This document shows, piece by piece, positions 42,270 to 51,911 of a stretch of 64,000 bases of DNA (its first letter is position 1; each line of letters starts with the position of its first letter). The stretch is taken from positions 4,710 to 68,709 of IMG/VR virus record IMGVR_UViG_3300008262_000045; one strand, given 5' to 3'. The stretch comes from a virus. The translations under genes and the position numbers were made by a program. The notes under the pieces were generated by a model that had not been told where the DNA came from, did no database searches, and saw nothing but the letters and a program-made list of their open reading frames with translations.

Positions 42270-43754
42270 ATGCCTAGTTACGAAAAAATCAATGCACAAA
42301 CACTGTCGGAAGTTCTTGCCCGCTCCCCCGAGGCCGCACGCGTCGCGTGGGGCGAGCTTGCTATCCGCAAATCGAACGACTACTCCGAACTCTACAAATA
42401 CCTCGTTGGGCCTCTCGGCTCCGGCAAGGCGTTCATCGAGCATAGCGACCTGAAAATCACTGCAGGCAATCGCGTGGTTCTGCCCCTGGTTGGCGGAGCG
42501 CGTGGCGGCGGCGTTCAAGGCTCCGGGGATCGTATCGGTAAAGAAAAGAAACTCGTTCCAAAGGATTTCGATTTCAAAATCGGACGCTGGTGGGATGGTT
42601 TTGCTATCAACAGCGTGGCCCTTAACGAGACGGTGATTGGTTCCAAATGGGATCGCGCTGCCAGCCAGTTCCTTCAACGCAACCTCGGCATCAAAAAAAC
42701 CGACGATATGCTTTTGGAGCTTTTGGTTCGCGCCAACGCCCGCAATACGATCCGCCCGAATAGCAAAGCTACTCGCAACGATCTTCGCACCCTCGATGTT
42801 TTCAGCACTAGCACCGTAACACGCGGTCAGTCCACGCTGACTTCTCTTGGAGCCAAGCCGGTAACTCTCGCGAAATCGAGCGCCGGAGCGGACATCCGTA
42901 TGTTCACTTTCCTGGGGACTCAATTCTCGCTGGAAACCTTGAAAAACTCTTCAAGCTACCTTGAGGCCGCGCAATACGCCGAGGAGCGCGGAATTAAAAA
43001 CAGCCTGTTCACTGGCGACATCATGCCTTGGAATGGCAATGCTATCTATCAATGGAATGTCGAAGACCCCGAAGATATGGCCCCAGCCGGATGCCCCCTC
43101 TCCGCTCGCGCCTACCTTGGAAATGCGATTGCCAGCGGCACAGCCGCAGTTGCCATCACGGGTGGAGGCAGCGCGTCCAACGCCGCCGATACTGATGTTC
43201 AATACTTTGGCTATTTCAGCAACGCTCCTATCGTTGGTTGCGAAGGCTCCAAGCGCGCCGCCGACACCGCTACCGAGCGTTATGTCGCAATCCTTAACCA
43301 AACCGGCGCAAACGCTGGTAAGGTCATGTTTGCGAGTTACAAAGTCAATAATGGCAACAGGCTCACGATGTTCAAGCGCCTCGGCGCTTCTGCGTCCGGC
43401 GACCAAGCCACCACCATTGGCAACATCACTTGGGGTTCTGGAAGCTACGGCGGCGTGAGCTTGACCGATTCCGCTCCCGAAGGCTCGCTCATGGTTGAAG
43501 TGAACAGCTACGGCGTTCCTTTCGGCTATGTTCTCGCCCTTGGCGAAATGGCCGGCATCATGGGCCACGGCTCGATTGACGGCAAGAGCGCCATTGCCAA
43601 ACGCACCGAAGAGCATCGCAACCACGACATGGATCATGCTATCGGCCTCGAAACCACTTTTGGTTCGCGGGCTTTTGAGCGCATTGACGGCCAAGTTGGC
43701 GGTTACGCTGTTGTGGAATGCGCTCTCGCGCTTCCCGGCTTCGCAGTTGTTTAA
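42270..43754 (+). CDS. Major capsid protein (N4-gp56-like)
   Basis: 494 aa; DLKITAGNRVVLPL..GVQG..IGKE motif; C-ending codon bias of a highly expressed gene; strong terminator downstream. Confidence 0.8.
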   Translation: MPSYEKINAQTLSEVLARSPEAARVAWGELAIRKSNDYSELYKYLVGPLGSGKAFIEHSDLKITAGNRVVLPLVGGARGGGVQGSGDRIGKEKKLVPKDFDFKIGRWWDGFAINSVALNETVIGSKWDRAASQFLQRNLGIKKTDDMLLELLVRANARNTIRPNSKATRNDLRTLDVFSTSTVTRGQSTLTSLGAKPVTLAKSSAGADIRMFTFLGTQFSLETLKNSSSYLEAAQYAEERGIKNSLFTGDIMPWNGNAIYQWNVEDPEDMAPAGCPLSARAYLGNAIASGTAAVAITGGGSASNAADTDVQYFGYFSNAPIVGCEGSKRAADTATERYVAILNQTGANAGKVMFASYKVNNGNRLTMFKRLGASASGDQATTIGNITWGSGSYGGVSLTDSAPEGSLMVEVNSYGVPFGYVLALGEMAGIMGHGSIDGKSAIAKRTEEHRNHDMDHAIGLETTFGSRAFERIDGQVGGYAVVECALALPGFAVV

Positions 43755-43770
43755 TCAGAAATGAAATTAA

Positions 43771-43804
43771 AGGTGGGGCGGGTAAAACCGCTCCACCTAT
43801 TTTT
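43771..43804 (+). terminator. Rho-independent terminator after the capsid gene
   Basis: AGGTGGGGCGG-gtaaaa-CCGCTCCACCT followed by ATTTTT. Confidence 0.8.
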
Positions 43805-43824
43805 CTAATTAGGAGGAACATTTT

Positions 43825-44106
43825 ATGATGGGACAAAAATCCAATAGAGGGCCGATCAATAGAGGGCCAGAAAATATACCGGGGTCTGGATTCAAAAAAA
43901 AACCAGGCAGTCCTTTTGATGGGTTGGTAAAACCAACTCCTGTTTTTGGGGCAAAGATAAATGGCAATATGAGGATGGCAACGCAAAAAGAGTGGGAAGA
44001 AAGCCAGCGAGTCGCTGCTTCAACTATGAGCCATTCCGAAGCAGAAAGGCGCGAGAAAGAAAGGCAGCAAGGCAAACAAAGCAAGCCAATGCCAAATAGG
44101 TATTAA
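43825..44106 (+). CDS. Small basic hypothetical protein
   Basis: 93-aa ORF in operon orientation. Confidence 0.55.
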   Translation: MMGQKSNRGPINRGPENIPGSGFKKKPGSPFDGLVKPTPVFGAKINGNMRMATQKEWEESQRVAASTMSHSEAERREKERQQGKQSKPMPNRY

Positions 44107-44128
44107 CAAGCCCGACTCAATATAACTC

Positions 44129-45232
44129 ATGGGCGCAAGCACTTCTACTACAAACCAAGAATTAAACCCAAACGGGTTTCCTGTGTATGCCGGATATAAA
44201 GCTCCGCCGACTTATTACGCTGATTCTGGAAAGGGGTGGACTAAAAAAGCATTCGATGAAATGAATGAGGTTAATGCGTACCGTTCCAAACTTGCACAAC
44301 AAGAAGAAATTAAAAAAAAGGGCGGCGTTCAAATAGGGAGAGATGAATACGGCAACCCGCAGTATGGAATGAGAGTCCCCGGGGGAACCGCTCGCGAACC
44401 AAAGCGCACAACCGCAGACGCGACAGGACGGCAAACGCAATGGGATTCTCGCGGCGAGGGGACGCCGAAGCCCGCATCTGGCTCGAAAATAACCACAGAT
44501 GCGACAGGACGGCAAACGCAATGGGATTCTCGCGGCGAGGGGACGCCGGCTCCAAACCCAAGTCAAAGTTTTTTACCAAAGAGCGGACGCGATTGGGACA
44601 AAAATCCTCCGACCAGCGATGGCGATGTTATTCGCTATGAGAAAGACATTGGTATGCCGAAGGGTATCGGGATGATGGACATTGAAAAAATGCCAGAAGG
44701 CCCAGCTAAGCAGAAGGCGTTAAAAGATAATGCAGATTTTCATAAGCAAGCCGCCGAGAAAAGCGGTGGCCAAGGCTTAACATCTATGCCGAATCGCGCA
44801 CAGAAACCTAAAGGGGAATCTGATGCGACTGCAAAAGCCGCACAAAAAGCCGCCAGACTCCCAGCATCCGGCTCAAAGAGCGGAGCAGGCGGGAAACCCC
44901 TGAATGAAAATCCATTTTCAGGAATCCCTAAACTCTCAAATCAAGGCCAAGGGAATAATACAGGAAATTCTTATAGCGGCGGAGAACCGCTAATGAACGG
45001 CATACAGAATATTGGTGATGATTGGTTGAATAAATTTACCTCTCCCGCAAATCAGCCTGCCACCAATAGCGGCACAAACCAAGGCTCTACACAAACCAAT
45101 AATGGCAGTTGGAACAACGGAGGAGGCATGAGCGGGGGACAAGGCGGAGGACAAGGCGGGGGACAAGGCGGAGGACAAATGGCCGGCGCTTTAATTGGAT
45201 ATCTAAAAAAGAAAAAAGAAGGTAATGTTTAA
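44129..45232 (+). CDS. Low-complexity putative internal virion protein sharing motifs with ORFs 26 and 2448
   Basis: GRDEYGNPQYG, VPGGTAREP, NPFSGIPKLS, NNGGGMSGGQGGG. Confidence 0.7.
   Translation: MGASTSTTNQELNPNGFPVYAGYKAPPTYYADSGKGWTKKAFDEMNEVNAYRSKLAQQEEIKKKGGVQIGRDEYGNPQYGMRVPGGTAREPKRTTADATGRQTQWDSRGEGTPKPASGSKITTDATGRQTQWDSRGEGTPAPNPSQSFLPKSGRDWDKNPPTSDGDVIRYEKDIGMPKGIGMMDIEKMPEGPAKQKALKDNADFHKQAAEKSGGQGLTSMPNRAQKPKGESDATAKAAQKAARLPASGSKSGAGGKPLNENPFSGIPKLSNQGQGNNTGNSYSGGEPLMNGIQNIGDDWLNKFTSPANQPATNSGTNQGSTQTNNGSWNNGGGMSGGQGGGQGGGQGGGQMAGALIGYLKKKKEGNV
44420..44548 (+). repeat. 48-bp exact direct repeat (81-bp period) within a CDS
   Basis: GCGACAGGACGG...GGGGACGCCG at 44420-44467 and 44501-44548. 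Confidence 0.9.
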
Positions 45233-45605
45233 TATGAACAATAATACACAAAACATCGAAAAAAACATCGTAGTTGTTTTAGAACTAACTGAATCCCCCG
45301 TCAGTCCAGTTTTTCCGATACCTGGGGCAAACGGCAGTGAGATAGGACTGATGACTTTTTGCCCTGTCCGCAACCGGCATTGCCTACGAATGCCACTTGA
45401 AGTTTATCGGAAACACAAAACCAACATCGCGATGGCCCGGCGAAGGTTTTTTCAAATCGTTTTTGACATTGAAATTACCGAACCAGCAGAACAGCCGATT
45501 GAAATTGCGGAGCCAAAGACCGTAGAACTAGAAGCTGAAATCGCACAATTTCAAAAAACTAAAAAACGGGGACGGCCCGCAAAAGACATAATCATCGAGC
45601 AATGA
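45225..45605 (+). CDS. Hypothetical protein with C-terminal KKRGRP
   Basis: 126-aa ORF overlapping both neighbours. Confidence 0.65.
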   Translation: MFNMNNNTQNIEKNIVVVLELTESPVSPVFPIPGANGSEIGLMTFCPVRNRHCLRMPLEVYRKHKTNIAMARRRFFQIVFDIEITEPAEQPIEIAEPKTVELEAEIAQFQKTKKRGRPAKDIIIEQ

Positions 45606-46537
45606 CAACCGCTGACGCCCGAGACGATCTACTTACCATGATCGGGATTGAGAATCCCGCTCACGCGAGCGAGTCTATTTTAAAGCGCATCAAAGGCGAT
45701 ATAAATCTGACTCTCCAGAAAATATGGACGATGGCTTCGCCTTGGTGGAGTTATGGGAAAAGCGGTGGGATTCTAAAGGGGCCAACAGCGATTTCAGGGA
45801 TTGAGGCTACGCTAGGCAGCACAAATATATCTGATCCCGGCTCGCAAATTGACGGCTCGATGATCGGCCAAACTATTCGTTTAGGCGATGATCCATACGA
45901 CAATGAACTTGCAAACTATGACGCCGCAACAAAAACAGGCGCTTTAATGCGACCTTTTGCGGGAGTAACGACAGCGGAAGCTAGCGGATATATTTTTACC
46001 GATACAATTATTCTCCCGGATAATGTAATGAGCGTAATTCCGCCGGTAGTGATTTATGGGGAGCATGAGTTAAAGCCACTGCGAAGCCAGCGCGACATTA
46101 TGAGCTTTTCAGAATCTATCAACTACAGCTCGTATTCTGAATCTTCCGTCGGGCCATCATCTACCATTATCGCCGAGAATCGAGATATTGATGTTCCCGT
46201 TGGTTTTTACATAGAAAATTATCGGAGGGCTTCAGGCAAAACAACTTTGCGGATGCGTGTTTCGCCACTGCCAAATAAAGAATATGTTTTGCGTTACGAT
46301 GTTCGTTATGGTGCGCCTGAAATTGCGGCCTTGGATAGCACTGAAATCCCGATTCCACAGAATTACACGCATTCCATATTTTTGCCGATATTGCGCTATC
46401 AGTTTTCAACATGGAAGCATGTTAATCTTGGCAATCAAGGCAATGAGTACAAAACTCATTACGACGAGGCTTGGCAACTTTTGTCAAAACTCAAGCCGCA
46501 ACCGCTCGCGGTTGGCAGGGTAAGAATTGTTTATTAA
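45602..46537 (+). CDS. Head-tail adaptor protein (putative)
   Basis: MTTADARDDL N-terminal helix, LRMRVSPLPNKEYVLRYD, IPQNY; position before the nozzle. Confidence 0.7.
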   Translation: MTTADARDDLLTMIGIENPAHASESILKRIKGDINLTLQKIWTMASPWWSYGKSGGILKGPTAISGIEATLGSTNISDPGSQIDGSMIGQTIRLGDDPYDNELANYDAATKTGALMRPFAGVTTAEASGYIFTDTIILPDNVMSVIPPVVIYGEHELKPLRSQRDIMSFSESINYSSYSESSVGPSSTIIAENRDIDVPVGFYIENYRRASGKTTLRMRVSPLPNKEYVLRYDVRYGAPEIAALDSTEIPIPQNYTHSIFLPILRYQFSTWKHVNLGNQGNEYKTHYDEAWQLLSKLKPQPLAVGRVRIVY

Positions 46538-46540
46538 AAA

Positions 46541-49291
46541 ATGGAATATCGGCTGATCAAAAATTTCCGAGGCATTGATGTTGGCACGGAATCAACTGAT
46601 GCCGACGAACGATCTTTATCGTACGCCGAAAATATCATCTTGCGGCCCCGAGGAGCGATTAGCCGGCTCCCCCCACTCAAAAAGGTTTGGGGGTTTGATC
46701 AAATTCAAAACTACAAAACTGATCTAGGAATTGTTAACGCCGATAAATCGTGCTTACTAAAAATCACACAACCAAAAGGCGCAAACAACATTGAGATAAC
46801 TTTTCTTTTAGTACATGATTTTGTTAATAATATTCCGCTGGGAATTTTTTGTGCGAGCAACAGCGCGGAGAGCCAAAACGAAATTTCGCTGGATGATTTA
46901 GGCCAGTTTGCTACAACGACCCCACTTGCAACAATTCAGGTTCTAAAAAAAGGGTTATCCGAAAAAGCCAGATGGTTTTTTTATAGTTTTTTTGACAGTG
47001 TTGTGATGGGAAATGGTATTGACGAAAATTTAATTTATCAATCTGCCAGAACCAACCAACAACTTCGCCCTATCGGAACAAGCGTGGTTCCTGACCTGCC
47101 GATCATTGAATCCCTTGGCAGCGTTGCTCAATATGCACAAGCATCTCTTGATGTAACATTTGTAACATCAATATTTTTCCCGCCACCAAGGATTTTGGCT
47201 GACACCAGATGGGACACTACTACGCTTACGCATTACATGATTTTAAAGTGGACGCCGACTGACACGGCGGATGCTTATGAAATTGATTTCGCGGATGTTC
47301 CTGATTTTAGCACAAGAACCACTATTCAGTTACAAGCTGAAACGGCTTGGCAGTTTGACGAATTAGATATTAACACCAGATACTATTTTAGAATTAGAGC
47401 TTTATACAAAAGCGGAAACTCAACCTTTTATAGCTCATATACTAATGGCTCTCATGCAACTACCCGTTATGGATTTACAGGGGCAGACCAAGGCACACCT
47501 ACGCTGACCGCTATACAAGGCATACGGCCATCTGAGGCTGTTATTAGGTTTTCGGCTGTTGGCGCTTTTAGAAATTCACTAGGAAATAATATCCGCGTTG
47601 AGCTTGTGGCTGAAGGGCAAAGTCTTTCAAGCATAAGAACAGGGGAGGGAATTTCACAAGCTGACCCTATTGAATATAAGATTTCAGGCATTGGCGCTAA
47701 AACAGTCCATGATCTTCTAACTTTCGTGCAAAATGACCCTGCAATTACAGGAGTTTTAGCTGTCTTTTTAGTAAGCGGCTCGAATACAAGTACAGCTTCG
47801 CAACTCACAAGTAAACCTGCTACATTTTTAAGCGGCGGAATTGGCGACCCGATTGAAGCTCAAGAAACTCCATTGCAAGCCGGAGGATATATTGGTATCA
47901 CCTATTTTGATCCAGGTAGCAACAATCAGGGAATGGAAAGCGGCATTTCTATTGCCTTGCAAGTTAATTCTACTGGCAAAAAACTGATCAAGCCGATTTA
48001 CAAATCAGAAGTTGACTTGCAAAGATTTTCAAAATTTCGAGTCTATTACAAAACTTCTGACCAAGCCTATTTGCTCCCATTAAACCTGCCGGCAAACAAA
48101 TGGATTTTGCTCGGGGAGTGTAACAACACGCCAAATACTTCATTTAGCGCATTTCTAAAACCCTCAACGGCAAGCACTATAATTCAAAACGACGATACGC
48201 TAATTAGAGATAAATTGCCACCATGCAGCGTTTTTGAAATGTGCCAAAATAGGATGTTTGCGAGCGGCAATAAAGACAACACAAAAAGAATTTGGTACTC
48301 TCACTTCAATTCTCCAGACCTATTGTTGCCAGAGGCATTTAATACCGCCAAGCAGTTTATTGATATGCCGTCCACCAAAGAAGATGGTGCGGTTGCAAGA
48401 GTGACACACCTTCAAGTTTTTGATAAAACTCTGCAAATCCATACAAATCGCGGCATCGTGATGATGGATGGCATTACGCTGAATCGCGTAAATTCTCGAT
48501 CCGACTACGGCTCAATTAACCCATCCGCATCGACAAACTGGAAACACCAAGTATCTCCGTATCTTGGGGCAGATGGAGTTCTTTACGAAATCCACAATCA
48601 ACAGGTATTGAAAAGCAATATCGCGAATGAAAACTCATGGGATTTTGTAAAAAACTACATTGATACCAGCGAAATCATGCGGAGTCCGAATAAGGCTAAT
48701 GTGTATGGAGATTTCACAAATCAAATGGTATGGGTATGGATGCCGTGTATAATTGAAGGCACAAAAAAACTTGCTGGTTTCTTGTATGACTACAATACAA
48801 AGGGGTTCTCCGGGCCGATTACATACCCTGGCCTAGTTAGTGTAACAAAATTAAACAACACCGACCCCCGGATTATTGGCCAGACTGAAACTGGTCAAAT
48901 CGTTTATATTGATGCAGGCGAGCTAAACAAAGACGAGTTCTCAACAAATTTTACCTATTCAGGAACGCCATATTCAAATGCAACAAACAATATTGAGTTC
49001 TCAACAAATCTACTCGATTTCAATACCCCAAACAGAAACAAATCATTTTGCGAGGTGATTATCAACACTTCTAAGGGCAGCTACGCACAAAATGTCTTTA
49101 TCGAAATGGAAACTGACGAGGGGAAAAAAACATCCTTGAATTTCGGTATAATGAATAAAGAGCGAAACAAGGTAGCTTTTCTTTTATCTGGCTACTCCGC
49201 CAGATTAAATATCAAGGCAGATATTCCGGCAGACAAGCCATTCGTAATTAGAGATATTGCGATAGGCTACACCATGATGAACGAACGATGA
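46541..49291 (+). CDS. Tail nozzle/tubular protein with FN3-like insertion
   Basis: NFRGI..AENI..RGAI N-terminus; NRMFASG..RIWYS beta-propeller pattern; internal LKW...YEI...YYFRIRA. Confidence 0.7.
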   Translation: MEYRLIKNFRGIDVGTESTDADERSLSYAENIILRPRGAISRLPPLKKVWGFDQIQNYKTDLGIVNADKSCLLKITQPKGANNIEITFLLVHDFVNNIPLGIFCASNSAESQNEISLDDLGQFATTTPLATIQVLKKGLSEKARWFFYSFFDSVVMGNGIDENLIYQSARTNQQLRPIGTSVVPDLPIIESLGSVAQYAQASLDVTFVTSIFFPPPRILADTRWDTTTLTHYMILKWTPTDTADAYEIDFADVPDFSTRTTIQLQAETAWQFDELDINTRYYFRIRALYKSGNSTFYSSYTNGSHATTRYGFTGADQGTPTLTAIQGIRPSEAVIRFSAVGAFRNSLGNNIRVELVAEGQSLSSIRTGEGISQADPIEYKISGIGAKTVHDLLTFVQNDPAITGVLAVFLVSGSNTSTASQLTSKPATFLSGGIGDPIEAQETPLQAGGYIGITYFDPGSNNQGMESGISIALQVNSTGKKLIKPIYKSEVDLQRFSKFRVYYKTSDQAYLLPLNLPANKWILLGECNNTPNTSFSAFLKPSTASTIIQNDDTLIRDKLPPCSVFEMCQNRMFASGNKDNTKRIWYSHFNSPDLLLPEAFNTAKQFIDMPSTKEDGAVARVTHLQVFDKTLQIHTNRGIVMMDGITLNRVNSRSDYGSINPSASTNWKHQVSPYLGADGVLYEIHNQQVLKSNIANENSWDFVKNYIDTSEIMRSPNKANVYGDFTNQMVWVWMPCIIEGTKKLAGFLYDYNTKGFSGPITYPGLVSVTKLNNTDPRIIGQTETGQIVYIDAGELNKDEFSTNFTYSGTPYSNATNNIEFSTNLLDFNTPNRNKSFCEVIINTSKGSYAQNVFIEMETDEGKKTSLNFGIMNKERNKVAFLLSGYSARLNIKADIPADKPFVIRDIAIGYTMMNER

Positions 49292-49743
49292 ATAATTTTG
49301 CTCAAATCACCACCACGGCTACTGGCTGGCAAAGCGCCGCATCTTTACTTGTTTCATACCCTCTTGGAACGAAGTCATATATGTTTGATGTTGCGGCAAT
49401 TCACGAAATGCAAGTGGGCGAAACTATTTATAAATCAAATACCCCTGCATTTTCTTTAACTTTTGGGGCCGCACAGGTTCAAGTGTTAAACAATACAGGC
49501 GCCGCAATCAATGGGGAGGTGAAGTTTCGCTTGGCTTTGTATGTCAGGGAGCCGGAAGCCCCAAATGGAGCCACTACTTTTCTAATGGAATTTCCAAGCA
49601 AAGATTTATTTCCAGCACTAGGCAGCGCGGGGAAAATTTATGTCGATACTAGCACAAACACAATTTATCGCTGGAACTCGACACAATACGCATTTCTGCC
49701 CGGAATGATTGACGCGGATACGGCTCCAGGTGATGAGTATTAA
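49288..49743 (+). CDS. Tail-associated protein
   Basis: C-terminal FPALGSAGKIYVDTSTNTIYRW module as in the fibre genes. Confidence 0.65.
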   Translation: MNNFAQITTTATGWQSAASLLVSYPLGTKSYMFDVAAIHEMQVGETIYKSNTPAFSLTFGAAQVQVLNNTGAAINGEVKFRLALYVREPEAPNGATTFLMEFPSKDLFPALGSAGKIYVDTSTNTIYRWNSTQYAFLPGMIDADTAPGDEY

Positions 49744-49928
49744 ATTTTGCTCTCAATATATTTTCCGCGTGAAAGTGTCCCGCGTTGAGCATCGAGCTTG
49801 TTCCAAGACTCCGGTTGCATGGAAACGGATCTGGTGACAGCTGTCCTCCCTTTGGCGTTTTTGTTTTTACTGCCGGTTTTCCGGCCAGCGCCTTCGCGCT
49901 GGCCGCCGTGGGTGGTGGGTTTACTCAT
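49740..49928 (-). CDS. Small DNA-binding protein (GGxRxGAGRK plus RHH-like)
   Basis: HGGQREGAGRK...RSVSMQPESW. Confidence 0.65.
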   Translation of the reverse strand: MSKPTTHGGQREGAGRKTGSKNKNAKGRTAVTRSVSMQPESWNKLDAQRGTLSRGKYIESKI

Positions 49929-49937
49929 GCTTTTAGT

Positions 49938-50189
49938 TTATTGGTTTACAAACGAGGGATTGTCTTTGAGTAACCGCATAACAGGCTTGTCGAATGTCCA
50001 GCCCTCGCCGCCTTGCCATGTGCCAATGTGTTCATGGATTCCATGAATGTCGGCTAGCCTCCCGTAGTAGAGGTAAAGACGCTTGCCTTGCTCGACATAA
50101 GGGCGGCACCGTACAGGCACACCGCCATTGATGCCGTAAAGCTCAAGTTCAAAATTACTTTTTGTTATTTTGCGTGTATTATTTTTCAT
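49938..50189 (-). CDS. Hypothetical protein
   Basis: 83-aa ORF in the leftward operon. Confidence 0.55.
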   Translation of the reverse strand: MKNNTRKITKSNFELELYGINGGVPVRCRPYVEQGKRLYLYYGRLADIHGIHEHIGTWQGGEGWTFDKPVMRLLKDNPSFVNQ

Positions 50190-50207
50190 TTTTTGCTTTG
50201 GTTAAGG

Positions 50208-50429
50208 TTAGATGGCGAGGGCGGCGGTTGATTCTTCATGGGACAGGATGATGTCAGTCCCGCAATCGAGGTAGGCATGGCGACCTGTGGAGGGTTGCCA
50301 GCAATACAGGAGGGTTTTTCCAGAACGGGAACGGAATGGAATTTCGGTTCCGCCGCAAGCTGGAATCCAATTTCCCTGTTCGGATTTGGCGGTGATTTCG
50401 GCGATGATTTGGTCGATGTTTTTTTGCAT
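50208..50429 (-). CDS. Hypothetical protein
   Basis: MQKNIDQ...GNWIPACGGTE; start chosen after an A-rich leader. Confidence 0.6.
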   Translation of the reverse strand: MQKNIDQIIAEITAKSEQGNWIPACGGTEIPFRSRSGKTLLYCWQPSTGRHAYLDCGTDIILSHEESTAALAI

Positions 50430-50475
50430 TTTTTTTGGTTGGTTTGCGGAGGCGTTGTGCCTCCGATCTGCAACC

Positions 50476-50503
50476 ACTCTACACCCTCTTGATTTCCCGT
50501 CAA
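50476..50503 (-). promoter_or_regulatory. Sigma70-like promoter for the small leftward operon
   Basis: TTGACG-16 nt-TAGAGT on the minus strand with an A-rich upstream element. Confidence 0.45.
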
Positions 50504-50559
50504 CAACATTTTTTCAAGAAAATGAAAATATTTTTATGGCCCGCAGAGCCGCTTAAAAC

Positions 50560-50928
50560 CTAGCTCGGCGAGGGGCCGGAGTTTTTTTTTGCTCTTTTTG
50601 GCTGATAAGATTTACCCGTTTCACCATGCACTAAATTTTTAGCCACATCCCGAGCGGCCCGACGCATAGCGAGGGCAATTTCTAAAATTTCATCCTCGGA
50701 AAAGCCGAGCTTGGAATTAAAATAAACCCGCCCGTCGGCGATCAAATATGATTTGGTCGCGCCGACCCGATAAACCGGCCCGTCCTGCTGCCTAACCCTG
50801 GAGAGGCGTTGCTTCGCTTTTTCAACCAGCTTGGCGCGGTTCTCTAAATACCACTGGCGTTTTCGGGCTTTGTCGTACTCTGCATTTTTGGCTCTCCACT
50901 CGCGGTTATATTCAGGGTTTGTTTTCAT
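50560..50928 (-). CDS. Hypothetical basic protein coupled to the integrase
   Basis: ATGA overlap with the integrase stop; YNREWRAKN-type N-terminal helix. Confidence 0.6.
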   Translation of the reverse strand: MKTNPEYNREWRAKNAEYDKARKRQWYLENRAKLVEKAKQRLSRVRQQDGPVYRVGATKSYLIADGRVYFNSKLGFSEDEILEIALAMRRAARDVAKNLVHGETGKSYQPKRAKKNSGPSPS

Positions 50929-51905
50929 AGATTCCAATACTTGATTGCTTCTGATTGCGGCACTGCCCGCGCATAGGTTTTATTGACCATTTGGGGCGAC
51001 GAATGCCCGAGGAAAAACGCGGTTTTGCCGGCGTCCTGCCACATCGCTAGGTGCATTGATGCCGCCGTGTGACGGAGGCAGTTTTTTGGCCAAGCCTTCC
51101 ATCCCATGTGTTCGCACAGATTCGCTCGCATTCTTTTAATGTGCCATTCATCCAAGCAGTCCCATTGCTCCGGCAGGTAGCGCAACAAGGCCGGCTGAAT
51201 CGGCACATAGCGTGGTCGAGGAATTGCCTCTGTGGATTTGGTAATCGGCACAAAAATCTCCTGCTCGCGCAAATGTTCGCGCAATGCTCGCCCGACCTCG
51301 CTTTGTCTCATGCCAGCAAATAATCCGAGCGCAAGCCACGCTCGAAGCCTGGAAGATGATTCGCTAAAAGCCAAAAGTTTTTCCACCTCTGCGCAAGTTA
51401 GTAGATGATGCCGGCCAGATTTAACGGGAACATCCGCTAGTAATACCGGCGACTTTTCAACATGGCCGTATCGGACAAGCCAATTAAAAACCATTCGGAG
51501 GTAAACATAGCCTTGGCCTTGCGTTGTTCCGCTCCAACCGCCCTTTCCTAAAAAGGCGTCGATGTTGCGAGGGCCGATGCCGCGAACCGGCGAGGAGCCG
51601 TACATCGCGACAAATTTTTCATTCCACCACCGTGATAGCCGAAGATGGTTTCCGCGCATTTTGGGATGCCTCGAATTATTAAAATCTTTGAATGCGTCTG
51701 AAACAGACTCGCCTTGGACGCTGAATGAATCTGTCCCGCGAGTTTCGAGTTGTTCTAGCACGGAGATTTTTGCGGCTTGCGCTTCCTCCCATGTTTCAAA
51801 AAACAGCCTCTTGATATTTGACTCAATTCTGTATCGCAGACGGAAAACTTTTTTCCCGCGCAGGTTGAATTTAGTCACCGAGACAGATGTTTTTTTAGTC
51901 TTCAT
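50925..51905 (-). CDS. int: Tyrosine recombinase (integrase)
   Basis: GLFAGMRQSE (R), TKS (K), NCLRHT, LGHSS, KTYA (Y). Confidence 0.92.
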   Translation of the reverse strand: MKTKKTSVSVTKFNLRGKKVFRLRYRIESNIKRLFFETWEEAQAAKISVLEQLETRGTDSFSVQGESVSDAFKDFNNSRHPKMRGNHLRLSRWWNEKFVAMYGSSPVRGIGPRNIDAFLGKGGWSGTTQGQGYVYLRMVFNWLVRYGHVEKSPVLLADVPVKSGRHHLLTCAEVEKLLAFSESSSRLRAWLALGLFAGMRQSEVGRALREHLREQEIFVPITKSTEAIPRPRYVPIQPALLRYLPEQWDCLDEWHIKRMRANLCEHMGWKAWPKNCLRHTAASMHLAMWQDAGKTAFFLGHSSPQMVNKTYARAVPQSEAIKYWNL

Positions 51906-51911
51906 TTTTTG

